Below, piece after piece: positions 10,830-23,198 of a stretch of DNA of 64,000 nucleotides. Position numbers and translations under genes: made by a program. Origin of the DNA: Microthyrium microscopicum. Taxonomy: Eukaryota. Within the stretch, counting starts at the first letter, position 1. Each line of letters opens with the position of its first letter. Below the pieces are notes generated by a model. The model saw only the letters and a list, made by a program, of their open reading frames with translations. It had not been told where the DNA came from and made no database searches. The DNA lies in assembly GCA_010405405.1 (NCBI GenBank), contig MU004240.1, forward strand, positions 1,022,882 to 1,086,881. The letters are read 5' to 3'.

Positions 10830-12819
10830 TCAGTCAAGATCCATTCTTTCAGCCTGCCTGCGGTTCTTCTCATCCTCTATAGCTTTCTGTCGTTCAATAA
10901 TTCGATGATCATGAATGAACTGCAGGAGTACATGGCCAATTCTTCTAGTAAGAATAGGCGGGATTGCGTTGTTCACATCAATGTATTGTGACGACAGTGA
11001 ATGATAGAAAACCAAGTTATCCTCAAGTCCCTGAAGCCGAGCCAGTTCGCGAACAGTCAGTGCATCTCCCCGAACTACATTGACCAAAGAACATTCGTTA
11101 GTCTTCATTACAAATCATCCAGAAAAGGAAAGCACAACTTACGAGGATGATGATAAGAAGTGTCGCACGACAAGCCTACAGCTTTACTGTTCAGGTCTAT
11201 CGGCTGTGCCTTCGATATCGAATGGCCCAGTTGGTGGTTATATAGCACCTGCTGCGATATACTCGGCTTGCTTCCTAGTTCCTGGCTCGCGATCGGACAT
11301 GCAAAGCCTGTGATGCTATTTGGCGAAAGACTAGTTCGAGTATTCGAGCGAGGTAGGCCGTCAAGTACTTGTTCCACTGTGATTTCCTTTCGCTGCTGAG
11401 TAGTAGATGGCCAATCGATATGCCATGGCAATGGACCTGGCAGGGCCGACGCTACCAAAAGCAAGATTTTACGAGCTTGCGGAATCCCATGATCTGGCAA
11501 ATGGGCCAGTCTCATATGCACCGAGTAGCGTAGGTCCAGCAGTCTAAGAAGAGTGGCCGCGAACTTATCGGCTGCTTTAGACCGCAGAACTGCTGGCGAG
11601 ATGAGTAATACTATGAAGTCGGGGCCAAGGCTCGTGGCGAGAACAGACTCGATCTTTTCAAGTGGACGGCAGAAGCGCTCCACTGAGGGTAGTGGACTGT
11701 TCTTCTGGATGCGATAGGTAGTGTTTTCGCCGGCAATCACAGCCGTCAGGAAATGTCCTTCTGTGCGGGAAGGTACAGAGCCAAATTGGCCTGTGGCAAT
11801 ATCTTCCAGAACTTCTCGAGTGTGTCCGTCGAATACCTGAGTGGAGCTGTTACGGCCATGGCGACACATCCATGTCATATGTTGGGATGGATCGAAACCT
11901 ACGGCAGAGTGAATCTGATGACCAGCTTGAGCGAATCCTTCAGCTAGACCCAGAACTCTCGGCGACAAGTCCATAATAGCGGTTTTCGTGGGACTCGGAA
12001 ACTTGTGCCGTTTTGTTCCAGCTTGCTTAGATAGAAGGCTCGACTTGAGCGGTAGATAGCAAGCAACCTCATCCTGATTCGCATACTGCACAGCGAAGCG
12101 GCAAAAGTAAGTGTCATCTGAGTCTGGCCGACCAAATCAGCAATCAATATACTTGTAGTCGGACGAAAAAACAAACCTGGAACCTGCACAACATGCTCAA
12201 CACCACGCTCAGTGAGCTTTTCGCTCAACCCCCCAACACCAACGATATCAGCGAAGCAAATTGTCTCCGCATCATTAACTGAGCCCATTACATCTGCCCG
12301 ATCGAAATGCAATACTAGCTCTTGAAGCTTGATCTTCGAGTCTTTTTGCTCCATAGAGCGAAACGGGTACCTCGAGTGAAGGAACGAGTACTTTGTGATG
12401 ACGAGAGACCAAGCAGTTTCTGAATCTATGGCCCCTTCAGTCTTGACGATATTGTGTATTTTGACGACACATGCATACTCGGAGGCAAACGGTGGTCGTA
12501 AACGCAAGCTAGACTCAAATGTTAGTCAAATGTTGCTTTGACAAGCTACAGAACATGAACGACGAACCGGGCAAAAGCATTTTGGCTAAATTTGTACTTT
12601 AAGCGCGGATGGACATACTCCAGTATACTGAATACTGGTTTCTAACAGAGCGGTGGGTCAACAGACTTGAAAGACAAAGCGTGGGAGGACGTGTCGACAT
12701 ACTAAATCTGTAGCTCGCTTCCCACTTGGAGGAAATAATTGCTTGAAGGTACCCGGGAGCTCTTTCTGATGCCACTCTTCCCAAGATTGACTATCTGATA
12801 TTTTGGTTGCTTCTGCCAT
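10830..12819 (-). CDS. BAH-domain, C5-cytosine DNA methyltransferase-like protein with degenerate catalytic motifs (~582 aa)
   Basis: Exons 12819-12703, 12641-12568, 12508-12177, 12123-11143 and 11074-10830 splice in frame at GT-AG sites. BAH-like segment VVKIHNI..QELVL..YFCRF. MTase-like motifs GFAQAG, HGIPQARK, HP.RGDALTVRELARLQG, NAIPPIL. Confidence 0.8.
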
Positions 12820-13525
12820 GGATGGCTTTTCCAGCTTGAAATCATATAAAAGGACGAATAAGATGATATTCTCAATAATTGCGAGAATTGCTCAAGAAAA
12901 TGACTAAAACGATATTCATGGGAAAGCAATGGGATGGCAAATGAGCATTGCAGTGTTAGATTGTTGTCATTGTCTGAGATTCCAGTTCTATTGAGCCTTG
13001 CTGCTCATGCAAGTTGCCGTGCAAACGTGGAAGCTGTAGTCGTCCGAGTCGTCCTACTTCAGTACTTGCCTATTCAGGATAATGTACGGGCGTTCAAGTG
13101 TCTAAGATTTCTGCTGCCACCATAAATCAGTCAGTGACTATGCAATGCTGTATCATCAACCGCACAACCTGGGACACCAAAACCACGTAATACTGTAAGA
13201 AGGGGCTTGAAAAACATGTGCATTAGTCTAGTAATGCTGGGTATAATATACCGACAATGAAGAAAACCTCTGAGAGCACAACAAGTGTACCCAATGCTAA
13301 TTTGAACACACAATCATGGCTCACCAACCGCCGATCTAGCCATCGGTCCGTCTATACAAAACGGAAATCTAGTTTTTTGGTTTGTCCTTTTGGTCATGAG
13401 TTGTATTTTGGAACACCTTGCATATATATCGCATCGTTCTCAACGCAGAGAGATGAGCAGGCAATGTCATAAATCTTGTTCATCGTTCCTCTAAGGTGCG
13501 TGGCTTTATCCTTTTAGACGGGCCA

Positions 13526-15509
13526 TTATAGTGCAGAGCGGATTTCCTCTGCACATTTCCAGGCCTCTTCTACTTTGTCTGCCTTCATCTAGAGATTACG
13601 TTAGCAAGAAACTTGAGTGAGCGTCCGATGGAGGCTTACTCTAAGCAGCATTGTCTGCGATTTATCGGAATTTGGTATATGGCCGCGGAAGAATAGCGTG
13701 TTCACTCCTTCGGGTCGTTTTCCTTCTTTGTTCCCGAACGGGGAGTCCTTGGTGAAAGGTCCATTGAGGACTAGGCGGTTTGTGCCTTCTTGACGCATGA
13801 TCAATCGAGCGGTACGTCTCTTTCGCTTTGGCGTTGCCTGTGCGGTATCTTCATCATCAGCGCGGCGCTTCTTGCTGGTCTTGGCGGTAGGTTTGCTGTC
13901 CTTGGCGGCGGCCGCATCATCTTGAGCATCAGTGGCAGGCGTCGTATCGGCTTCTTCGTCGGCTTGCTCTTCATTTTGAGAATCGGAACCAGATGATTCG
14001 GACGGTTCTTCATACTCTTGCTCATTGGAAATATTTAGTTTGAAAACACCGCGGCCACATTCTTTCCAAGCTCCATCAAATAAGAAGAGCGTTCCCCGAT
14101 TGGCGAACATGGTCGTCTCGTTTTCCTCTCCAGTCTCTACTTCTTTTTGCACAAAGCGTGCGTCTTTAGTCTCGCTACTGCCGCCAAATTGAGGACCTTC
14201 GTTGTTGCCCTCAGCCTCAACGTTCTTATCGTCATCAGTCTCGGATGCATCACCATCCTCCTCCTCATCTGAAACGGGAGCTCCGAATGTTCGAGTAGGT
14301 TTGCTACCTAATCCAGTAGTCGGGGGATTGAGCGCAAAACCAGTGCTGCTGCTCCCAAAGGCCGATAGACCAGGTCTGCCAGATAGTGCGGAGCCGAACG
14401 GGCTAGCAGAAGAAGCTGCCAGGCCGCCAAATCCAGAACCTGGTTTAGCCGCTAGAGCAGAGAATCCAGACGTTGTGCTTGCAGCACCTCCGAAAGCAGA
14501 CTCTGTCTTAGCTAGTCCAATAATTGAAGGTGGTGATTTTGCTCCTGAGATTGCACCAAAAGGACTGGCGCTTCCAGAAGTGCTACCGAGAGCAGCAAAG
14601 CCAGAAGTCTTTGCATTCGCAAGTTTGCTGAAGCTGGAGCTTTCGAAAGCACTTTGTGACGTTGTTGTGTCTTTGGGGGCGGGGAATTTACTGCCGCTCA
14701 AGGCCGCGAAGGGTGAGATTGCAGAGGTATTGCTGAAGCCACCAGGTCCTGCAAGCTGAATTTACATTAGCGTAAGCCAAAAACCATGGAGGGAAATCAC
14801 ATACCTTGGAGACTATAGTGGCAGCCTCAGGGACTTGCTCCTCAAGATTTGGTGCTTCTACGTCGTTACTCTCGCCACCATCTCGTGGACGCTTCGCGCC
14901 ACGCTCATCACTAAGTTTCTCCTTGGGCTTATCGCTAGAAGCAGAATGGAGTTCATTGCTGAGGGATGGAATGTTGTCCTCCTTGAGATATTGATCTCTA
15001 CTTCGCTTTCCTTTAGGGCTCGTCATGGGTACATCGCCTTCAGCAGTATTGGAAGAGGGTTGGGCGCGGGGAGGAGTCGTTGTCGCATTGGCGGAGGCAG
15101 AACCATTCATGATGGTATCGGTATTAGCGGCATCTACAGAAGGAACAAGTTCAGGACTTTTAGAACTGCCATCTCGCGATCGTTTGCGTCCATGGCGTTT
15201 TGGGTCGGTCTGATCGCCATCCTCAGCATCCTGGTCAACTTCGTCACGACTTCGCTTTCCACGCAGGCTGCCAGAGCCTGAGCTTTCTGTGGTGCTCATG
15301 GCGTCTTCGGATTTGGTCGCGCTGGAGGGATCGTTGGAGGGATCGTTGGGTTTGCTATTAGCATCGATGGTTGTCTGTTCTAGTTTTTCGCGCACTGGGC
15401 TTTCGCGATGCTCATTGTCGTTGGTGGGAGGAGTGGTTGGCTCGGTCACTTGAGCTTGTGCAGCGCTGGTGACCTCCTTTGCGTCATGATCAGTATTCGT
15501 AGAGGACAT
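13526..15509 (-). CDS. Nuclear Ran-binding (RanBD1) protein, Yrb2/RanBP3-like
   Basis: Introns 14804-14756 and one starting at 13639. Motifs PVREKLEQTTI, basic NLS-like KRSRD repeats, SGF/SPFG-rich tract, ETGEENETTMF..LFLFDGAWKECGRGVFKLN..ARLIMR..RLVLN. Confidence 0.85.
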
Positions 15510-16672
15510 TTTGACCGGTGGATATCAAAATGGTTTGAAGGTTGACGCGTGGTATTCCTGGCGGAACAGGCGTAACTCAGTTGCAATTGACGTGAACGAG
15601 GAAGCGCCGGCTGGACGGATGGTAGGCGGAGCCAAGAACGGACTCTCAAAGCTGGGACGGAGCGTATTTAAAAAAGTAGGGACCAGTCTGGATAGCGAAG
15701 AATGATCCAGGGCAAGGCAAATGGGTAGATTCGAGAGTGGTTGGCTCAAACTGGCGGTTGGAAATTGGGAGCCTGAAAGACACGGCTGATGGCGTTGCTG
15801 TCAGGTTTTGAGTGGACGGACAGAAGAGAAGAAGGGGTGTCAAGCTTGAGAAACAAAGGCGGTGCTTTGCCAGTATAACAGAGAATATGCGGGCGTAATT
15901 GGAGACTGTTTTTGGTGAGACTTGTTGGGAAGAGAGGTTGTTGGTGGTGATTGACTTGGTCGAGACTTAGCGAGACAACTCATCCGTGGGTCTTGGCACT
16001 ATTCTTTGATAGGCCAATATTACCCGCAGGCAAAATTAATGGCCTTTTATAAAACAAAATACTTATTAAATATCCCGCCCTAGGCAATAATACGCGGTCA
16101 TTCTATCATTCAAGAAGCCCGATAAGAAAGCGTAATGGCGGACAATGGACTAGTACCAGCTACTCTGTGATATGAAATGCTACTCTACTGTCATTGTTTC
16201 CATTGCTTCCACCAGTTTGCTGTCGTCATGAAGACCAGATTGGTATGCACCACATTCACAGGTCTATTGGAGCAAAAAGTTTTGATGTAAAGTAGAGAGG
16301 AGAATTTTGCATTACTCTTCGAGTTGAACATACAAAATATGATACAGAAAGAACGCCATGCAATCCGCGATTTTGCCAAGGTCCCAGTCTATGCTTCTTC
16401 AATCCTTTCGCCTTTTGAACACACGCTGGTAAACAAGATCGGAACCATCCAAGAGCCTTTTATCGTGTCTCTGCTAGCTGTCCTTTCCTCTTGTACGACT
16501 GCTTCCGATTCACCCTTCTACAAAATACAAGAGGAGAAGAGTGTGAAGCCCGCTAAATATATACATGTACAAGAGTTAGAAAGGTATAGAGGTACAGACG
16601 TCGAAATGTGCCGTTGGGGAATCGAGAGAAGAATATTAATAAAACTTGTTTCAAACATTTTCAATGTTGCCT

Positions 16673-18843
16673 TCATGGCTTCTTCTCCTCGTTGGAGGAT
16701 TGCTCGCCAGGTTGTTGCGGTTGCTCACCCTGCGATTGGTTGTCTGACGTGCGGGACTTGTACATCTGATCGAAGAGGTTGAGGGAGGCATTTTGAAGCT
16801 CATCAACCTTCTCCTTGAGCTCGGCGGCTGTGACACCCTCGCCAGCTTGGCTCTTGGCTACCACTTCACGCAGAGTAGTGATGTTCTCACGGATCTTCTC
16901 GACTTCAGTCTTGTCAAGCTTCTCCTCATGCTCCTTGAGAGCCTTATCGGTATCATTAAGAACGCTCTCAGCGCGGTTGGCAGTTTCGATCGCATCCTTG
17001 CGCTCTTTGTCTGCCTCAGCATAGAGCTCGGCATCCTTTACCATGGAGTCGATCTCGTTGTCTGATAGACCAGATCCAGATGCAATAGTGATGGATTGAT
17101 CCTTGTTTGTGGACTTGTCCTTGGCGTGAACGTGGACAATGCTGTCAGCATCAATGTCGAACGTGACCTCAATCTGAGGCACACCCCGATGTGCTGGTGG
17201 GATTCCAACAAGTTGGAAGTTTCCAAGAAGCTTGTTGTCCCGGACAAGCTCACGCTCACCCTGGAATACCTTGATCTCAACAGCGCTCTGGAAATCCGCA
17301 GCAGTGGAGAAAGTCTGCGACTTCTTGGTTGGGATAGTGGTGTTGCGGTTGATCAGACGGGTGAAAACACCGCCTAGTGTCTCGATACCGAGGGAGAGAG
17401 GGGTGACATCGAGGAGGAGAATATCGGTAACGTTGCCAGCAAGAACACCACCTTGGATAGCAGCACCCATAGCGACAGCCTCATCAGGGTTAACCGACTT
17501 AGCTGGGTCACGGCCGAAGATACCCTTGACGGATTCGGCGACCTTTGGCATACGGGTCATACCACCGACAAGAATGACTTCTTGGATGTCCTTCGCTTGT
17601 AGACTGGCGTCCTTGAGCGCCTTGCGAACAGGGTCGATAGTCTTTTGAATGAGAGGGTTCACGAGATTCTCGAATTGAGATCGACTGAGTTTGCTGTTGA
17701 TGTGCTTGGGGCCGCTGGCGTCAGCGGTAATGAAAGGAAGGTTGATATCGGTTTGAGTTGCGGATGAGAGTTCGATCTTGGCCTTCTCCGCTGCTTCGCG
17801 GATTCGCTGGATAGCCATGCGGTCTTTGGATAGATCGATACCAGACTCTTTCTTGAATGCATCGAGCAGGTGGCGAACGAGTGTGATATCAAAGTCCTCA
17901 CCACCAAGATGAGTGTCACCATTGGTAGACTTGACCTCGAACACACCGCTCTGGAGCTCAAGGATGGAGATATCAAATGTACCACCACCGAGATCGTATA
18001 CAGCGACAATGCGGTCAGCTTCCTTCTCTAAGCCATAGGCGAGAGCAGCAGCAGTTGGCTCGTTGATCACACGGAGAACATTGAGACCGGAGATCTGACC
18101 AGCATCCTTGGTAGCTTGACGTTGTGAATCGTTGAAGTAGGCAGGGACGGTAACGACAGCGTTCTTGATACCCTTTCCAAGATAGGCCTCGGCGGTTTCC
18201 TTCATCTTTCCGAGAACGAAGCCACCAATTTGGGCCGGGGAATCTGGGAAGTAAGTTAGCATTATAGATCTTGTGTATCAGCTGATCGGAACATACATTT
18301 TTGGCCTTGCGCTTCAACCCACGCATCGCCATTGCTGTGCTGAACAATCTTGTATGGAACTTGTTGGATATCACGTTGGACCTCAGCATCAGTGAACTTG
18401 CGGCCGATAAGACGTTTGGTGGCGAAGAGGGTGTTTTCTGGGTTCACGACAGCTTGTCGTTTAGCAGCGATACCAACTAGACGTTCGCCATCCTTGGTAA
18501 AACCGACGACTGATGGAGTCGTTCGTGTGCCTGTACACTGATTAGCATGATATAGATGATAAAAGAATTCAAAGTATACCTTCGGCGTTTTCTATTATAC
18601 GGGGAGCTTTTCCGTCCATAACCGCGACGGCCGAGTTTGTTGTTCCCAGATCGATACCGATAACTGGGCCTTTAATCTTCTCATCTGAGTACTTGCGCGC
18701 CCATGATGAGCCCAGTGGAGATTTGAAGACGGGAGCGCGGACAACAGAGGTCGCGCGAGGAAGAAGCTGTTTCAATGAGCATGCGACGAATGTATGATCA
18801 GTAGAAAGGAGCTTACGTTTCTCGCTAGCCTTGACGACAACAT
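16673..18843 (-). CDS. SSC1: Mitochondrial Hsp70
   Basis: Presequence [16 protein letters not shown]..; [54 protein letters not shown]; no C-terminal EEVD or HDEL; three short 5' introns. Confidence 0.97.
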
Positions 18844-18992
18844 TTTGAGATATGAGGAGCAACAAGAACAATTAGATGATGAAGGAAGGAAAGGGAGAAG
18901 GAATGGAGCTGGATGGGAAGGGATTGATGGATGGTTTGGATGAAGAGAAAGCGAGTCTAGAAAGTCTGGTGATAAAAAATTTCGAGAGCAAG

Positions 18993-19007
18993 GTCCGAGA
19001 ATGTTCT
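18993..19007. promoter_or_regulatory. Candidate heat-shock element upstream of SSC1 in the SSC1/VMA6 divergent promoter
   Basis: gTCCgaGAAtgTTCt = three alternating nGAAn units with one mismatch, ~150 nt upstream of the Hsp70 ATG. Confidence 0.4.
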
Positions 19008-19314
19008 GCCAAGCAAAAGGGGCAATTGCCTGCGGCTGCACGGAAGCGTCAAAGCTCCTTCCGCCTGTACTCCGCTGCCCGCCAAGCCGCTGCTCTCCAA
19101 CCTCAGCTCTTGAACTTTAGGTCGCGATCATCTATCGGCAGTACACTCTCCCGGTAGCCTTTACGAATAAGATTGTTGATAAGTCGTAAGCATGCAGTAG
19201 TATTGCAGCTGAGCCCAAAACAGCAAACTAGAACCAAGGTCTCTACTTTGCCTCCATCAAACTCGTCTTTGCGAAAGACCGTCATCTACCAGCATCAACT
19301 CAGCAATCGCCGTC

Positions 19315-20558
19315 ATGGAGGGCATGTTCTATAATGTCAACTTTGGGTGAGTCTCTGGTAACCGTTAGTTCAGTGATAATAACTAACAGCAAATAGCTAT
19401 CTCGAGGGCATTGTACGGGGCTACCGAAACAGCTTGCTCACCTCTCAAAATTACAACAATCTTACCCAATGCGAGACGATAGATGGTCTGCTTTCTCTTT
19501 GATGTATAAAGAAGATTTTTGTTAACCGCATTAAAGATGTAAAGCTTCAACTCGGCCCTGCTTACGGGGATTTCCTCGCCTCCCTTCCTCCCAACCCGTC
19601 AACGTCGTCCCTCGCTGATAAGGCAACTGAAAAACTAGTTGCCGAATTCCGCTATCTTCAAGCCAATGCCGTTGGATCGCTTTCCAAGTTCATGGAGTAT
19701 CTCACTTACGGCTATATGATTGATAATGTGGCTCTGCTCATTACTGGAACCCTTCATGAACGAGACACCAGGGAATTGTTAGATCGCTGCCATCCACTAG
19801 GCTGGTTTGAGACTATGCCTGTGTTGTGCGTGGCTACCAACATTGAGGAGCTTTACAACTCAGTACTCGTCGAAACCCCTCTTGCTGCATACTTCAAGGG
19901 CTCTTTAAGTCACCAAGATTTGGACGAGCTCAATATCGAAATAATTCGAAACATGCTGTACAAGAATTATCTAGAGGATTTCCACAATTGGGTCAACACA
20001 CATCCAGATATCAGCGGAACCCCAACTGCCGAAGTCATGACCGAGGTTCTCGAGTTTGAAGCAGACCGAAGAAGCATCAACATTACCCTCAACTCCTTTG
20101 GCACCGAGCTATCCAAGCAAGAGCGTAGGAAACTCTATCCCAGCTTTGGCAAGCTTTACCCAGAAGGAACTCTAATGCTCTCCCGTGCCGAGGATCTCGA
20201 AGGTGTGAGGATCGCTGTCGACATGATCGCAGATTACAAGACATTCTTTGATCAAGCAGGTCTATCGCAAGGTGGTGGCGTCGGCAACATGGCCGGAGGA
20301 GGAGGAGATGATACCAAGAGTTTGGAAGACCTGTTCTATCAGAAAGAGATGGAGATTTCGAAGCTTGCCTTTACAAGGCAATTTACACATTCCGTAGTGT
20401 ATGCATGGGTTAAGCTACGGGAACAGGTACGTCGAACGTGTTATTACAGCTTATGTGCTAACTTTCAATTCCAGGAAATTCGCAACATCACCTGGATTGC
20501 GGAATGCATTGCACAACAACAGAAGGATAGAATAGGCAACTACATTAGTGTATTTTGA
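19315..20558 (+). CDS. VMA6: V-type ATPase V0 subunit d
   Basis: MEGMFYNVNFG|YLEGIVRGYRNSLL.., YMIDNVALLITGTL, CHPLGWF, FEADRRSINITLNS, EIRNITWIAECIAQ; three short introns. Confidence 0.97.
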
Positions 20559-21189
20559 AATCGAAGGACCAGCAGCCGCAAACAACTAATATCAGGAGGA
20601 CCAGTACGAATGGCGTTCAAAGGAATTTGCGGCGAATACCCGTGCAACGAAAGTTTGAGGCTCATCAGTGGTTAGAACTGTGGATATACCTGAAAAAGGG
20701 GTTTTCCTTGTTTGCAGCCCAGCTATGATAGATTTCTTTGAATGCCAAAGCTTACAGCTCCTCTTCAATAATCGATAATGACCCACGTTTTGCGTTAGCG
20801 AAACCTGGGATGATTTTCTTGAGGCTGCGATAGCTACTACTACGAACTGCTAATCTGTGAGGTAGATCAAGCTCCTGGCAGGTGTTGGATGTCTCTCAAG
20901 AAGCAGCCCATCACCGGATGAAGCTTTGGAATTTTCTGCTTCATTGTTTTATTCTCTACAAGGCGTTGTCGGCTATGGTTGAATTCTAGACCAAAAATCG
21001 TGACTAACATTTTATCAAGGACGGTATTGCGCAATTCTAGACTTCTGGTTGGCCGAGGTGCAGGGGACCACTGATCAGTGGCGGATCAACCTAAGACCGA
21101 AAATCTTCACTTAGCTCATCCCTCCCTCCTGGACATCAGTCACTTCTCCACGCTTTGTTGGATCTCTCTCTACTCTATTATCTTTCAAC

Positions 21190-21275
21190 ATGACTCTGAC
21201 TCCTCTCGAGTATGCTTACTTGTCCATCTGCGACAAAGACATCACCTAACATCCATCTTTCACAGGCCGCTTTGA
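21190..21275 (+). other. Spliced upstream ORF (MTLTPLEPL*) in the 5' leader of the PRPP synthetase gene
   Basis: ATG in tcaacATG context. Intron 21210-21265 (GTATGC..CCTAAC..CAG) splits a codon. Unspliced, it reads MTLTPLEYAYLSICDKDIT*. Confidence 0.45.
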
Positions 21276-21441
21276 CCCCGCAGTCACTGATTCCGTCATA
21301 ACACTTATCGTTTGACCCTCACGCGACTTGTCCCGCGTCCATTTAGCCAAGAGCTGCTCAGCGGTCTCCTCCGTCAGCCTTCTCTACCACTAATTAATTC
21401 CCCACAAAAATCTTTTTCGAGCAAGGCTACGCATCGTCACC

Positions 21442-22819
21442 ATGGTTCGCAACATTGTTGTCCTTGGCGGCAGCTCTCATCCCGAGCTCACTGAATCCAT
21501 CTGCTCAGCTCTAGGCATTCCTCCGGCCAAAGCTCTACTAGGCAAGTTTGCTGTTGGCGAAACTCGCGTCGAGATTCGGGAATCTGTTCGCGGAAAGGAT
21601 GTATTCATTGTCCAGTCTGGCGGTGGAAAAGTCAATGATCACCTGATGGAACTTCTCATTACCATATCGGCTTGCAAGATAGCATCTGCGTCAAGAATCA
21701 CCGCTGTTCTACCTATGTTTCCATACTCGAGACAGAGCGAAGTTCCCTACAACAAACCTGGCGCACCTTTGGTTCGTGGCGGCGCATCTCAAAAAGGCGG
21801 CTTCTATACATTCGACAGCCGACCTCAAACACCGCATGTTGGTCCTCATGACGAAAAGCAACTTGGCAATGGCGACAGCCTCCCACAACAAGTGAGCAAG
21901 CTACAACTTACCAATGGAATCAACGGGACCAACGGCACAAATGGAACCAATGGCCTCACCAATGGACATGCGAAGACGGCACATTTCGCTGAGAATGAGA
22001 AATCGAGCTCTGAAATGGCAAAGAACCAACTCCCAGTCTTTGAACCACAACGTGGATATCGGCCGTGGGTAGCGCAATCTGGAAAGCTAGTATCGGATCT
22101 CTTAACCGCTGCTGGTGCTGATCACATCATTACCATGGATCTTCACGACGCCCAATATCAAGGATTCTTCGACATACCCGTGGACAATCTTTATGGACGT
22201 CAGCTTCTGCGAAAATACATTGAACACTCTGTGCCCAACTATCGACAAGCTGTCATTGTTAGCCCTGACGCTGGTGGAGCCAAACGAGCAACTGCTATTG
22301 CGGATTCGCTGGGTATGCCGTTCGCTCTCATCCACAAGGTAATTTACTGCAGCCACAAGAGGTAAATTGGACTAATTGGATCAGGAACGACGACCTACTC
22401 AATTCTCTGAGCGGCAAACTGCCAGCATGATGCTTGTGGGAGATGTCATCAACAAAACTGTCATTCTTATCGATGACATGGCCGACACATGCACTACCGT
22501 CACACGAGCAGCCAATTTGCTAAAGCGAGAGGGTGCGACAAAAGTCTATGCACTAGTTACTCACGGCATATTGTCTGGCGAGGCAATAGAGCGGATCAAG
22601 TCCAGCGGCATTGATAAGATGGTCGTCACAGATTCTATCGACCAATCAGAGCACAAAGTATTGCTCGGCGACAAATTGGATATCTTGCCAGTTGGCAACG
22701 TCTTTGCAGAGGTAAAGTCAGCAATTGGCAACTACTTTCAATCGTACTAATTTATTATACAGGCTATTCGTCGCGTTCATCATGGGGAGAGCATTTCGAC
22801 ATTGTTCCAACACAACTAG
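21442..22819 (+). CDS. Ribose-phosphate pyrophosphokinase (PRPP synthetase) with a long N-domain insertion (Prs5-like)
   Basis: GGSSHPEL, ESVRGKDVF, VLPMFPYSRQ, ITMDLH..QYQGFFDIPVDNL, VSPDAGGAKRA, LIDDMADT, THGILSG; two introns; ends AIRRVHHGESISTLFQHN. Confidence 0.95.
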
Positions 22820-23198
22820 GAACTACACTAGAACAAAATCTTAGACGACAAAAGAACCGCATTTTGATTAGAACGGAAGGCATGGGTCCGATCGACGTTT
22901 TTGAAAACCAAAGAAAAGACGGCCTACCTAATGATTTCTACAGATCTCTATTCATTCATTGAGATCATATTTGATCTACACTTGCATGGGATTGGCGTTA
23001 TACTCTAGTCGGTTAAAGACACGGCTGGGCATATCGGGCATCGGTGTTTACAATTGAAATTTTCTCTATCTTCCTCCCAACTTCTGCTCATATCTGAGTG
23101 ATTATCCACGATTCAAAGGTAAGCAAAGCTAACTTCCCACAGTCACAGTTAGTCAACAAATCCAGCTACTCTCTTGCTCTATTTATACACCTGTTTGT

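Noticed and set aside
14202..14759. Many antisense or overlapping ORFs in the track (also 30598-31230, 44924-45388, 55823-56221)
   Set aside because: Shadows of codon bias in real genes on the opposite strand; no independent motifs.
16558..16567. CAUGUAUAUA Puf-type element in the SSC1 3' UTR
   Set aside because: Plausible but short, expected in AU-rich UTRs, and not novel.
21910..21970. NGT/NGI repeat in PRPP synthetase
   Set aside because: A common low-complexity linker in fungal proteins, lying inside the non-homologous insertion.
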